A stretch of 51,388 nucleotides of DNA, counting the filler, from Jimgerdemannia flammicorona (lineage: Eukaryota): assembly GCA_003990765.1 (NCBI GenBank). It is 2 parts of 2 records of this genome, joined end to end, with 100 filler letters (N's around TTAATTAATTAA, not from the genome) between each part and the next. Parts side by side here need not be neighbours in the genome. Positions count along the whole stretch, not along the records: positions 25,752 to 51,388 come from RBNJ01000807.1; 1 more part is not named here. One strand, given 5' to 3'. The stretch's first letter is position 1. The number at the start of each line of letters is the position of its first letter. Shown here in pieces: positions 35,701 through 49,844 of the stretch. The notes beneath the pieces are model-generated. The model was given only the letters and a program-made list of their open reading frames with translations. It made no database searches and was not told where the DNA came from. Made by a program: the position numbers and the translations under genes.

Positions 35701-38161
35701 CACTTCAACTCCTGCGTCGACTGCAGCAGCTACTCCTTTCGTGTTTGGTGCTCAACCTACTAAGGAATCGATCGTTTCCACCTCGAGCACGATTCCAACT
35801 CCGTCAACCTTTGCTTTCGACGCCACCAAGGAAGCGACCGTATCCACCGCGAGCACAGCTCCAACTTCATCGATCTTTGGTTTCGGCACCACTAAGGATT
35901 CGACCGTTTCGACCGCAAGCACGGCTCCAACGCCGCCAACCTTTAGTTTCAGCACTACTAAGGAATTGACCGTTTCGACCGCTAGCACAGCTCCAACTCC
36001 GTCAATCTTTGGGTTTGGCACCAATACGCTAACGACTAGTTCGACACCGGGTCCCAGCGGATTTGGCCTCGCCGCCACGTCTTCCACAACAGCGCCAGCA
36101 CCAGCGACCGCGTCCGTCTCGGCTGCATCTTTTCCGATTTTCGGCAAACTTGATGCCAGTACGACAACCGTGATGGCGGCACCAAGCACAAGCGCTCCTG
36201 CTGCCTCTGCGCCTACGATGCCGTACTCTTTTGGTGGTCCGACCGTTACGACGGCACCAAGCACAAGCGCTCCTGCTGCCTCTGCGCCTACGATGCCGTA
36301 CTCTTTTGGTGGTCCGACCGTTACGACGGCTTTTGCGTCCTTGGGAGGGAACCCCACGACAAGTGCACCGGCACCATCGGCTATCTCAACATCCATGCCA
36401 ATGTTCTCGTTTGCGCCCGCGGCCGTGTCTGGCACAACGACTGCCACACCATCTTCATCGTCCGGAATGTTTAGTGCGCTGAAGCAACCGACAAATTCCG
36501 GTTTTGGATTTGGTACGTCTGTGCCCTCGACTGCACCATCCATCTCGGCTTCCTCAACAACATCAGGGTTCACCGGATTTGGCGCTTCGACAACCACTTC
36601 AGCTGCAACCGCTCCGACGACGCAGGCTTTCACGTTTAGTACACCGGCGACGAACGCGCAGTCGGTACCAACGGGGAAGGGTCCTTCGTCATTCACGTTT
36701 GGTAGGCTGTTTTTCTTGCAACCTTTCGAATTTTCGATAGTTATCAACTATACCACCTCTACACCAATTCTAGACGTTCAATTTATGGTTCTGACTTGTC
36801 CCACACTTTCATGTCACGCTGTGCCTCTCCTCGATATACTAGACCAAACTTCCACGACGTCGGTCGCTCCAATCAGTTCTTCGATCCCTTTGTCCGCTCC
36901 AACGTCGTCCTTCAATTTCGGGCAGTCTACTACCTTGCAACCAGGCACCGCCTCGTCTAACCTCTTTGGCAGCACTGTTCCCACTGCTTTCGGTTCGTGG
37001 TTTTGTTTCTAATAAATTAGTTGATTTATTATTCCAGTACGGTAACGCTCATCAATTTATCCGTCCGCTCGTCTGCATCCTTCCATTTTATCATACCTGT
37101 AGGTACGACATCCGTACCATCATCCACCGCCGGCTTCATGTCTGGCTCTACAGCGACAGCGACTTCGTCTGGGTTTGGCTCCTCGTCTAATCCCTCCTCG
37201 GCGCCATCTGTGTCTACTGCTTTCGGCACACCTGCTCGAGCCCCACAACCTACGTTTGGAGCGCAGGCTGCATCGGTCCCGACCAGCTCGTTTACGTTCG
37301 GTAAGGAAGTTACCAGATGGAATAGTTTGCATTCCTTAGCTTATCATTCACGCAAATTAATACATTTCTTCCAGCTGCCCCCACGCCCAATTCTACTTTT
37401 CAATTCAGAGCGACTTCTGGTACATCTCAACCTATGTTTGGGGCATCCGGTGCAAAAAGTACAAGTATGCCTTACCAGATTTTTTTTTTTTTTTTTCCTA
37501 ACCTTTTCCGCCTGAGGTATCTCTTCGTGAATTCAATGTCGGAATGTTGAAGGGATTACGTTCTGACGTTCATCTTGCACTATCAATCAATGTTCTAGCA
37601 TCTATGTTTGGTGCGGCCCAGACTCCAGCAGCTGGCGGCGGATTCGGCTTTGGAGGCGCCCCACAGCAATCGGCATTCGGGTCGACCAGCAACACGACGC
37701 CAGCCGCTTCAGTCTTTGGTAATCAGAGCGCGTTCGGTAGCGGATTCGGGGCTGCGCCGCAACCGTCGACCTTTGGACAACAGCAACAACCCAACGTTTT
37801 TGGAGGTGCTGCGCAACCACAGCAGCCACAGGCATCGTTTACATTTGGGCATTCGTCAGCGCCGACGATGGGCTTTGGCGCCGCTCAGCCGCAGTCGGCC
37901 CAAACCTTTGCCGTGTTTGGTGCTCAATCCGCACCAAACGTGTCGATGTTCGGCCAACAGCCTCAACAGCCAACCAATATCAACGCTTCTGGCCCTACTT
38001 TTATGTTTAGTGCTGCAACTACCCAGGGCACGTTGCCAACTACCTTCAACCAGGGAGATGGCGGCCAGCAGCCGCAACTGTTCACGATGGGGAATCCGGG
38101 TGACCCTCCTGATGGCAAAAGGAAAATTGCTAACCCAAAATCCCGCTTTAGGAAGAAGTAA
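32764..38161 (+). CDS. FG/FxFG nuclear-basket nucleoporin, Nup1/Nup124/Nup153-like, multi-exon (5' end uncertain)
   Basis: S/T/P/A-rich with many FxFG/FG motifs (34868-38161) and the characteristic basic C-terminus FTMG...KRKIANPKSRFRKK*. Upstream exons have GT-AG borders; the ATG 32764 start is tentative. Confidence 0.78.
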
Positions 38162-38393
38162 TGTGTTGCCGTTGTGGGATGACAGATTTTGGAGGGACGA
38201 GGTGAAGATAGCAGGAACGCATGTGAGGAATTGACGTTAGGCCAAACAAGTTGGTTATCTGTATGACTGGCATATGCGTTGATGTTTGGATGTTGCTAGC
38301 TTCATTTTACAAATATCCTCTTGTGATGGTATTCTACGTGTTATTTGGCACATCTCTATCAATACTCTGGGTTGATGTATGTCAAATTGCTCC

Positions 38394-38434
<41 letters not shown>

Positions 38435-39760
38435 GCCAAGCTCTTGGACATCATGGCCCGCAATTGAGAGCCGCGGTCTGCTAAACTAATTTTGCTCCCT
38501 ACCTTACCCTCCTACTCTTTTCTTTTTCTTCAAATATTTTCTTTGCGGCATCACTTTGCACACCATCCATATTATCCATATTTCTCTAATGCTGGTCATG
38601 TTGAATGCAATTCACTTTTGATGAACAATGCCAACTTCGGGTGTAATGTTTAATTTGTCTCTTTTATCATTTCGAGAGAATTTGTTGGGCGAAATTGAAG
38701 TCCTGGTTTACAACTAAAAATAAAAGAATTTTGAATTCTTCGAATTCATTGAAAATAGGCTAAATTTTCTACTGATTTCTATACTCCGTTGCCATGCAGA
38801 AAATTTATCCTGCTTGGATGTCCTTTCTGCAAAATTCAATATAAGAAACGATGCATTCGTTTCTAAGTATATATTTTTGTAGGCAATCAACAGCGAAAAC
38901 CTTGTATCTGGAATCTGCAACATGATGTCGGAACACGTTTACCTTAGCTGGAATGTTGGATGTGTAAAGGCCACGGTTATGCGTTTTCGGATATTCATGT
39001 CCTACGTATAATGATGCCTTGGTATGGTGGATTGGCCGGGTGCATTGAATATATTTGACGACCACCCATAGACCGTGTAAAATCAAGTCCCAGATCAGTA
39101 TCGGCAAATGCAGAGTAGGTCAGTTCGAAAGAGATCGCCTCCACACCGTCGCTGTTTGGATTGAATGATGCCGTAAAAGTGGAATAAAACAAACATGATC
39201 AGACCCCTCCCGTGACTTGAGCCATTAAATTGGTCTGGGAATTATTTATTGGAATGCTTGCGGAAACCGCCATTCTTACAATTGACAGACATCAGATTTT
39301 CAATCACACCCTCAAATGCCAATCCACCAAACACCATAAAGCTTGAGAATGTTTACGCAAAAAAGACACAACGGTGCGTTTTTGGCTCGGGGCTTTTTTT
39401 CTAAACATGCCGAGCCGATTGACTGATCCAGGTTCGAGAGAGGCGTGGGCATCGACCGGGATATCGTTTCCCGTTCGCCGCAAGTCCGGTCGATTCCACC
39501 ATCGTGACATGCGGACTTATATATCTTATGAAATTTCCCATATAATTGATGTTGATATGATTTTTGTGTTGGGACATGCCGTCCGATGTTCAACGCAAAG
39601 AACCAGGTGTATGGGTGCCAAAAAAAAAACCCCCCGCTTGGGGAGGTGTTAGCTGATGCTAATGCGTTCGGGTGTGCTGCTGGTCATCTTCCGTCTATTG
39701 GTCCCGACGATCTTTGCAGTTTGGTTTACTCACGTTTGCGAAGTGGACAATGCAGGTGAC

Positions 39761-39793
<33 letters not shown>

Positions 39794-41839
39794 GTTTGAA
39801 TTAATAATGCCTGCATATCATTTCACGCATTATCCAAAAATCTGGAAACCCCGATCATCCCCCTTAAAACACGACAATACTTGCCATTTGTAGGCAGGTT
39901 TCGCCGTGTGATGTCAGAACGATCTGAACGGAATGAGCCATATAAGTAATGGTTCTTTTAAGGTTCTGACATTGAGTTTTGCGAAATGAGTGTTGACGAA
40001 TATACAGGATCAAAGACCATACAAGACGTGAAGAGATTAGTTCGTGGTTCAATCCGAAAGTGGTTAAAGCCTGAATAGAACGTTGGTTCGGAGCGCAAAA
40101 CAAGTCTGCAATTAACTCGAACCAGCCTTACCAAAATAGGATTTTCAGTATCTCGCATGATAACCACTTATCTGACGTTTCACAACCCAAGATCTGTGAG
40201 ACGGCGTTCTGACAGCACACTCGCGTTAGAATACAGTGTATATTATGTGAAACCTAAAGCAGTCCAAACCTGGTTCCAGGATTGGTCGCTTCGTGGGATT
40301 TTGGGATCACGTGATCAGGAGCTTCCATATTCGTTCACCTTGCGGTGAAAGGACCTTGCCGTGATATTGGTAAGACATTTAATGCAGAAGACTTCTTCCG
40401 AGAACGAAAACAAATACTGGTGTCCGAAAAGACGTGGTATGTATATATAAAGGATGTGGGAAATGAACAAACTTGTCGAGAGTGTTGTACTCCCCACAAT
40501 TTTTGAATCGCATCGAAATCGTCCAACATCGTGCGTTGAGGCGTGTTCGTCAACAAACTGCAGAAGCAGAACCGGGGCAAAGGCAACAGAGTGAACAGAT
40601 TTGGAGGCAGAAAATAGATTCACAGCGGCTCGAGGGCCGAGGCAAGCCACTGGTCCGTTCAACAATGTCGCCGTAAAGGAAATTCGTAACGTCTGAAAAA
40701 TCATTTGGATAACACAGCAGCAGCTCCACATATTGTGACATGACACATGGCACCTGGTGGAAACGCTCAAGTAAATTGTGTAACTGTTGGGCCGGCTTCG
40801 AGACTCGCAACAAATAATAGAAACTTAACACATTCCTGGGCATCTAATTGATTTTGAACAGTAAGCGTGTATCCCCTCCCAATTTTGGCGCATTCGTCCC
40901 GGTTAACTAGGCAATTTCACATATAGATCATCTATAGGGGAAATCCCTCAATACTGATAACGGGAGACCCGAAATCCCTTGAAAGGGACAGCTCCCGTGA
41001 TATTTGTTGTACTACAACATATCAACAATTGGAAGCCATGCGCGTCGTCTCGCTCAGACTCGTGAGACACTTAAATCAATATTATCATGGAGATTATCGT
41101 CAATTCCTCGTGCTGATCTGCTGTGGATCAGCTGTCAAAACAAGCTTGCTAACCACCGAGCAATATTGCCAGAAAAGCAACGTGGTGTTCGCACCCTCCA
41201 ATTTTTTTTTTTTTTTTTTTGTTTATGCATGATGCTCTTAGGTAAGATATGAAAGACCCTTCGTCCACGTTACCGTGGGCCATGAAAGCGAAACGTGCAA
41301 GTGTTTCTAGAAGGTAGACGTGTTGTTGGTGAACGAACGCGTAGACGTTGATTGTAATCATTATGTTTATAATAAATATAAATAAACCATTAAGTAGTTC
41401 GACGCCAGTGCTCTTATATCGACGGTCTCTCCAAATTGTTTGTCGATCTCCCTCTCCACGTTGCCAGAAATAAGACCAAAAACAAAAAACAAAAACAAAA
41501 CAAAAAGGTGCGAAAATCACCTGGAGAGACCAATGCCCCAAGGTCATGCTGCCAGGTTCCAGAAGACTGGGCGAGGGCATCTTGGCAATGGGCCAATACC
41601 TGTTCGACAGCCGAAAAATGGGCTTGTGACACTGCTAAAAGTGGAAGACCATTACACTTTCCTTCCCACTCGGCACACCACATATGCCCTATAGCGTCGG
41701 CTCGCCGAATAGAACCAACCAACGAGCAAGTCTATATATTTGCTCATCGACATCAGCACCGCGAGCTTTCCAGCATCAAAGAATCGGAGATATCCTTCAT
41801 ATCAACTCTTTTGCCGCCATCGAAGAGTAAACAACAAAC

Positions 41840-43464
41840 ATGGCAAGCAACACGATGGCCATGGCAGGAAACACGACCATCCCACACTACGACCCCGGCG
41901 ATGTTTCCTGGGTTTTGACCTCCACTGCTTTTGTATGGCTTATGATTCCTGGTATTGGTTACTTCTACTCTGGAATGTCCCGGAGTAAGAACGCACTGTC
42001 GCTCATCATGCTCAGTGTTATCTCTGTCGCCATTGTATCCTTTCAGGTAACGCTTTTTTTTTTTCTCACCTCACCTTATTTGACTTCACAAAGTCGCGCT
42101 GTGTAATTGCTTCCTGTTTATATGCGCTAATCTATTGTGATTTTCGAAACATCCTCCATTCTTGTGTAGTGGTTCTTTTGGGGATTTAGTTTCACGTACT
42201 CCAAGACGTCGACCAACCCCTTCATTGGTGACTTTAGCAATGCCTTCTTCCGTGGAGTCAATACCTCACCTTCCATGGGCAACCCCAAGGTCCCTGACGT
42301 TGTTTTCGCTGTCTACCAATCCATGTTCGCCTCTTTCACCCCCGCCCTCGCCATCGGTTCGGTTGCTGAACGCGGTCGGCTTCTCCCCACAATAATCTTC
42401 ATCTTCATCTGGACAACCATCGTCTACGATCCAATCGCCTATTGGACGTGGAACACCAACGGTTGGTCAAACAAGATGGGCGTTCTCGACTTCGCCGGCG
42501 GTACACCCGTTCATATCAGCTCCGGCGCTGCCTCCCTCGCCTACGCCCTCATCCTCGGAAAACGCCAGGGCCACGGCACCGAGGAGTTCAAGCCCCACAA
42601 CATGGCCCACGTCGTTCTCGGTACCGCCTTCCTGTGGTTCGGCTGGTTCGGCTTCAACGGCGGCTCCGCCGTCGCCGGCGACATCCGCGCTGCTATGGCT
42701 TGCCTAGTTACCAATCTTGCCGCATCCGTCGGCGGCCTCACCTGGATGCTCATGGACTACCGCATCGAGCGTAAGTTCTCCGCACTCGGTTTTTGCAGCG
42801 GCGTCGTCGTCGGTCTCGTCACCATCACCCCGGCCTCCGGTTTCGTCGGGCCTGCATCGGCCGTCGCCTTCGGTATCATTGGCTGTATTACCTGTAACTT
42901 CGCCTGCAATCTGAAGCACGCGTTCAACTATGATGACGCTCTCGACATTTTTGCCGTCCACGGTGTTGGTGGTTTCGTTGGCAACATTCTCACTGGTATC
43001 TTCGCCGAGTCTTACATTGCCGCGCTCGACGGCTCTACCGTCATTGCCGGTGGGTGGGTCAACGGGCACTTCACTCAGATTCTCTACCAACTTGCCGATG
43101 CTTGTGCTGGGATGACGTACTCCTTTGTTGTCACCTACTCTATCCTGTTCCTCATGGACAAAATCCCCGGTCTTTCACTGCGTGTTGATGCTGAAACTGA
43201 GATCAAGGGTATCGACGTCAGTGAAATTGGCGAGTTGGCGTACTACCACGTTGACAAAATTCTAGTGATCGATTCCAAGGTAATTAAATTCATACACCTC
43301 CATGACCACTGAAGATTGCTCGAGGGTATTTCTTGCCTTTTCAGCACAGATTTTTAACTTTGCCTTCTATAATCAATTAGACTCATGAAACCAAGTTCGT
43401 CGAGCAGATCAGGAATGGCAACAACAACAAAGTTGCCGACTTCTCGCGGCTTAACAATGTTTAA
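41840..43464 (+). CDS. Amt/Mep ammonium transporter, copy 1 (466 aa)
   Basis: Exons 41840-42046, 42170-43279 and 43381-43464 are in phase. Motifs DFAGGTPVH, WFGWFGFNGGS and DDALDIFAVHGVGG; the twin-His pair is intact. Confidence 0.96.
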
Positions 43465-45139
43465 ACCTTTTCACAAATCAAACCTTATGGACATTGCATC
43501 ACCTATTTATTAGTTGTTCGTATCAACGACACAGCTGTGCTTGGGTCCAACCATATAAGCACAATTACATATGAGAATCGCTCAACAAAAATATGTAGCC
43601 GACTTGCTGGCTCTGCAACGATTTTGTTTTTATTTTTTGTTCTCGCAAATGTTTTACCTTCACTGTAATTTTACCAATCCCCCGCTCCTATACACAAAAT
43701 ACGTGCCGCTTTCATGATCCAAACCCGTTCAACTTATACCTTTTATGAGCTGATTGTTGCGAAACAACGCGCAAGCCAAACAGGATGCATAGCAATGCAA
43801 GCCGGGAACGAACGCCGCATTTAATGCTTTGTGAGGAAAGTACCAATTCATTCCAGATTGGATGGGTATTACAGCGTAAAGTATAAGTCAACCGACAAAC
43901 TGCGTACGAATATCATTTTCTATTTGTCCCTTATCGTCCTTCGTCGTTTCCTGCATCTGCGTATTTCGCGCTCCCGCCCACCTCCCTATATGTACTTAAT
44001 TCTTCTATGTCCGTGACGCACCGCACACGCGAAATGTGCCCAAATAAATCACATACACGTACCTAGAGAAACAAGGATTTGATGAACGTTTTCGCAAAAA
44101 AAGGAAGTTTTGATGTAATTACTGATTGCATTATGCTCAAAAATTAATCTTTCTTACATTTTGGTAACTTAATTAAAAAAAAAAATAATAGTAAATATAT
44201 ATATTCAAGTAATCATTCTTAACCCTAATCTTATTTTATAATATAAACTAAATGTTTTATTATTAAATATGACATTTATTATATGTTTAATATAATAAAG
44301 CTTCTCAATAGATTAATTTAAATTAATTATTAAAATATTATATTAGCTTTAAGTTATATCTGTCTCAAATTTAATAACTCAACTATATTAAATAGAACTA
44401 CCAAATTAATAAATAAATAATCTGAAGTATATGCATATTTGCGACCCAAGCCGTAACTTTAATCCAAATTAGTGAAAAAGTATAAAAAAAAAAGAGTATA
44501 TCAGAAGCAAACACCAGCGAGACTATAGCATATCTAGAATCAAACAAACCCTTGAAGTGACAAAGATATAGATAGCAAGCCTGTGGTATCACAATGAACT
44601 GATTCCTCCTCGTCAAACACCCAAATTCGTAAAATCCGAAGGCGAAAAACGTTCAAACCTCACGTTCAAACTTCACATTCATAGACCCGAAGGAAACTGC
44701 ATCGCTAACGGAGAAAAGGGTTGTGATGGTCGCCTACTAGCCAAATGCCGCGATACTCTACGCTGGAACCCATCCAATCTCGAATGGATTTGTGCTTCAT
44801 CCACACAGATAAGAATTGGTTTTTTTTTTTTTTTTTTTATTTTTTTTTTACTTTTATTTTAGCTTGCGCGTTTTTTTTTTTCGTATTAGCCAGCGCCTCC
44901 TAAAAACGGCGTTAGATTATGAAAAGAAGTACGTATTATGTGTATAGAGCGAGTCCCTTTTACAAATTCCGGGATAAGTGTTTTCAAGAACAAACAAAAA
45001 TTGTTGCAGAGCTGGCATGCTAACTATAAATTTTGCTGGGCAATTCTCATATGTAATTGTGCTAGGTTGTATACTAATGTACCAGGGCACAGCTGTAAGA
45101 CGTTTATGTAAACAACTAATAAATAGGTGATGCGAGTGT

Positions 45140-46752
45140 TTAGACGTAAGTGATAGGTAACTCTTTGACATCCCTTGGCCGCTCGTTTTTGTCATGCCTT
45201 ACCCGCTCGACGGGCTGGATTACCTGAGGCTAATTGATTATAGAAGGCGGAGTTAAAAATCTGTGTTGAAAAGGTAGGAAATAACCCTAGCAATCCAGTT
45301 CTGTAGTCACGAAGATGTGTGTGTGAATTCAGTTACCGCAGGATCGCCTTGAAGCTTGTCAATGTGGTAGTATGCCGACTCGCCCATTTCAGAGGCGTCG
45401 ATACCATTGGTCTCAGTTTTGATATCAACACGAAGTGAAAGACCGGGGATCTTGTCCATGAGGAACAGGATAATGTAGGTGACAACAAAGGAGTACGACA
45501 TTCCAGCACAACCATCGGCAAGCTGATAGAGGATTTGAATGAAGTGCCCGTTGATCCACCCACCGGCAATGGTGGTAGGGCCGTCGAGCGCGACAACTCT
45601 ATAATCGGCGAAGACACCGGTGAGAAGGACGCCAATGAGCCCACCAACACCGTGAACGGCGAAAACGTCGAGAGCGTCATCATAGTTGAACGCCAGCTTC
45701 AGCTTGCAGGCGAAGTTGCAGATAATACCGCCAGCGACACCGAAGACGATGGCCGGTGCGGGCCCGACATAACCGGCGGCGGGGGTGATGGTGACGAGGC
45801 CGACAATGGCGCCGCTGCAGAAACCGACTGCAGAGAACTTGTGGTTGAGGCGGTAGTCCATGAGCATCCAGGCGAGTCCGCCGACAGATGCTGAGAGATT
45901 GGTAACGAAGCAGGCCATGGCAGCGCTGATGCTACCGGCTTCGGCGGAGCCGCCATTGAAGCCGAACCAGCCGAACCACAGGAAGGCGGTGCCGAGGACG
46001 ACGTGCGACATATTGTGGGGCTTGAACTCATCGTTTTCGTCACCTGTGCGTTGACCGAGGATAAGGGCGTATGCGAGGGAGGCAGCGCCGGAACTGATGT
46101 GGACGGGAGTGCCGCCGGCGAAGTCGAGACCTCCCAGCCTTTTTGACCAACCGTTGGTATTCCACGACCAGTAAGCAATCGGATCGTAGACAATGGTTGT
46201 CCAGACGAAGATGAAGACTGTCATGGGGAGAATACGACCGCGTTCGGCAGCCGAGCCAATGGCGAGGGCGGGGGTGAGAGAGGCAAACATGGATTGGAAG
46301 ATGGCGAAGGCGAGTCCAGGGATTTTGGGGTTGCCCATGGAAGGCGAGTTATTGACTCCGCGGAAGAAGGCATTGGTTAAGTCACCAATGAAGGGGCTGG
46401 ACGATGTCTCGGAGAACGTTAAACTATATCCCCAAATGAACCACTGCACACACGAATTAAGGGTGTTTCGAAAATCACAATCGATTAGTGCATATAAAAC
46501 AATTACGCAGCGCGACTTTGTGAAGTCAAACGGGATGAGGTGGGAAAAAGGAACAAACGTTACCTGAACGGATACGATGGCGACGGATAAAACACTAATT
46601 ATGATGAGCGACAGGGCATTCTTACTCCGGGACAAGCCAGAGTAGAAGTAACCGATACCAGGAATCATAAGCCATACAAACGCAGTTGAGGTCAAGACCC
46701 AGGAAATATCGCCGGGGTTGTAGGTTGGGAGGGTCGTCGTGTTGCTTGCCAT
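45140..46752 (-). CDS. Amt/Mep ammonium transporter, copy 2 (461 aa)
   Basis: Exons 46752-46564, 46443-45337 and 45229-45140. Same motifs and intron positions as copy 1. The 519-aa track ORF reads through intron 1 and adds upstream sequence. Confidence 0.95.
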
Positions 46753-49700
46753 GTTTTGTTGTTTACCCTTCGATAATGGCAAAAAAGGATGTGGCGGATT
46801 CTTTAATGCCGAAAAGCTCAGGAATGAGTTGTGGTGCTGAACAGATATCAAGACGATTGACGACAAGTATAGGCTTGTACTGGTTCTGTTCCATAGGTCA
46901 TATATATAGGCTTCACGGTGTTTTTTATGGATGGTGTTTCGATTGACCGATTATTACACCAGTGTAACACATGCCTCTGCCCTTAACCACGTCCCCCAAA
47001 CGGTGCGCCTGAATCTTAATGTGCAGAATACAAACTACAGCGATCGCCTTCAACTCTTTGAGAAAATCACTCTTTCGGAAGCGGAATTTATTGCCAGTTG
47101 GAAACAAGTTGAGGACGTTTGGTACCAGACAGGCAGTGAAGAATACTGGCTGGTCAAAAAGCTTAGTGGACGACGCCGTTTGAAGTTGAAAACGATGAAC
47201 TTTGAAACGCTGGCAATTGTATTTTACATGGTGTAAAAATCGCCTTTCAACATGTCATGCCACATGGTGAATACCAAGCAAAAGGCAATAGCCTTCCGCT
47301 TTTGGCAGTATGAGCCCGGTATCGGCCCAATTACCAGATACCATAGCCCATTTCTTAAACTTCGCAGCATGACCTCGAGGCTAAAAGAGGCATATTCTTA
47401 TCAGTCTTTCCAGGTGACCTGACAAGATAACTCGCCACCACCTTTTTGTGGGAAATTATATTTTTGTCAAGCAATGGTAGTTCCTGACGTTAGAGAGACA
47501 CTGTCGACATAGAGCGCCGACGTCGAACTGCTCTTCTCGGTGGTTTATTTATTATGATTATAATTAACGTCTACGTTCGTCTACCTTCAAGAAACGTTTC
47601 GTCTTGATCGGGCGGTTCTTTCATGCCCCACCCTGATAAATCCATAAGGTTTAAGGCTTTGTTTTGATAGCTGATCGACGGCAGATCAGTATGGGAAGAT
47701 AGTTCCACGTTTGGATGTCATACAAGATGCATAATTGCCTCCAAATGTTGAATCTAGTAGGACACAATTATTCCGGTTACTGTCCCTTTTCAAGGGATTT
47801 TCCGTTATCGGCAAGGATCAGGTTGCCGTCCCGATACGGTTGCACCGTTTACTCTCGGTCAACTTGATGTAAACAGCGGGCAGAGCGTTATCTATTGGAC
47901 ATTGACACGACATAATATGTGGAGCTGCTACAGTATTATCCAACATTTTGTTGAATGGCTTTTCTCAAAAGCAAAGACGTTTTTAGGGGCACATTGTCGA
48001 ACTGACTGGTGGCTTGCCTTGGCCCTCGAGCCGCTGTGAATTTCCCCGTTTCTCTTGGGGTTCGGAATCAATTCGGCAGCTAGTCCGACAATGTCGAAAA
48101 TAGCTTAACGCATAGTTGGTTTGTTGAGACCAATTCTTGCTTTATGCGAACCTTTTATACGAGCATAGACGGCAAGCATGTATTTGAGGATAATCGGTTA
48201 GGTCACATTCAATAATCCTAACCTAGTAGACAATTGTTGTCACTTGACGAGCAAACGTTGGGAACCGCCTGAATATAATTGCCTATTTCACATTCTGTTT
48301 TCAAATCGTGATTTCCAACTTCCAGAAATTATATTGCTGGTGCTTTTATCTTTATCTTCTCTCTTTTCTTTTTATTATATACTCTTAAAATATGTACAAG
48401 TTTGAGAAATAAAATAAAATAAAATAAAGCTTAAAGATGGGAATAAATCTACTTTTTAAATATTAATTAAATTAAATTAAATTAATTTATTAAAAGTAAG
48501 AATAAAATAATAAAAAGATAATATTATAGAAAATATTATATAATTAATATAGTTGTGAATACAGTTCAAACTACAGTAAAGTGGTCATTGTGTTTAACAT
48601 TCATGTGCTTAACATTCATTGCTCAAATATTCATATAATGTAATCATGCAATCCACCATCTTAGTTTAGACAGTTTTAATTACTTTCTGTACTCTATCTT
48701 AGCTAGTCTGAGTTTTAGCTATATGCTCAAAGTTAGCAGCCATATATATAGTATATTTCCCTCTTAGTATTCTATAGTATTCAACATACTCTAGCAATCA
48801 TTATTAGTAATTTATATTAACCAATTTCATGCACTTTTCCCAGATATATCATACCATCTATTCATTGATCTCAAGGCCTACCTTCTAGCCCTCCAGTCTT
48901 TATATCTAGCACCTCATATATATCTCTATCAATTTCCAACTTATATATTATATAAAGACTAGCTTATCACACTTTACTATAAATATAATCTCTCTATAGA
49001 TAGTCAGAAGACTGTTCTGATTATATATCTTAGTATTAATCAACTTGACCCTAACTCTCCAATTGCCAAACCTATGGCACTGACCTCAGTACTATTCTAT
49101 AATAGTTATGAAGTTGATATATTAATTTAATCACTATTCTAATACTTACTATATCTTTATAAATCTTCAGCTATAGCTATAATGCTTACAGATACTAATA
49201 TTATTCTCTCTCCAGTTCTACCATCTGGCTTATTATCAGTAGTCTCTCTTTTAGCTATCTTCATCTCTCTAATAATACTCTCACTTATATCTTATTAGTA
49301 TCCTCACTAGTGTAGTCTTCAATCTCTTTAAATAATAAGTTATCTAACTTCTTATTTATCTCTAATACTATATTATATCACAATTAGATCTCATCAGAGC
49401 TACTGATCTTACTTAAGATAGAAGAATATAAAATACTGACTAAATAAATAAGAAATACTTTATTATTACACCCAAGCAACTGATAGAAACCTGATTCTTA
49501 TCCACTAGACTATAATTTTAATCTACAACTCTGACTGAAAGCTATCTTCAATATTTAGAATATATATATATTGCTATCTCTGAACATTATCTAGACTACT
49601 TCTTATATTATATATACTATATAGTTACTCATATATTATCTTTATTATTAAGACTATTAATAACTATTATGACTGAACTACTAATTAGTAGTTTGATCAG

Positions 49701-49844
49701 TAAGTTTGTATACTCAAAGTATCTTTTATAGAGCTGGACATTAGAAACTCAGATACTGTTCAGTATATATATTCAAAACTATTGTTAGCTAGCTAATATC
49801 AGTACTATTTATTTATTAACCAATATTAATATTCTTAAATATAA

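Noticed and set aside
35131..36747. Long antisense ORFs over the nucleoporin, and similar ones over EAF1, the Amt genes and pol
   Set aside because: Shadow ORFs caused by codon bias of the sense genes.
38800..40350. Protein-like short ORFs upstream of Amt copy 1 (e.g. 38995-39192 minus)
   Set aside because: Could be a gene relic, but no motif or consistent splice model was found.
46444..46563. Stop-free in-frame 120-nt segment in Amt copy 2 read as a coding insertion
   Set aside because: It has GT..AG ends and is homologous to intron 1 of copy 1, which contains a stop; it is an intron.
48560..49800. Possible decayed transposase after TACAGT motifs
   Set aside because: CpG-depleted TE-like DNA, but no catalytic motif or matching TIR could be recovered by eye.
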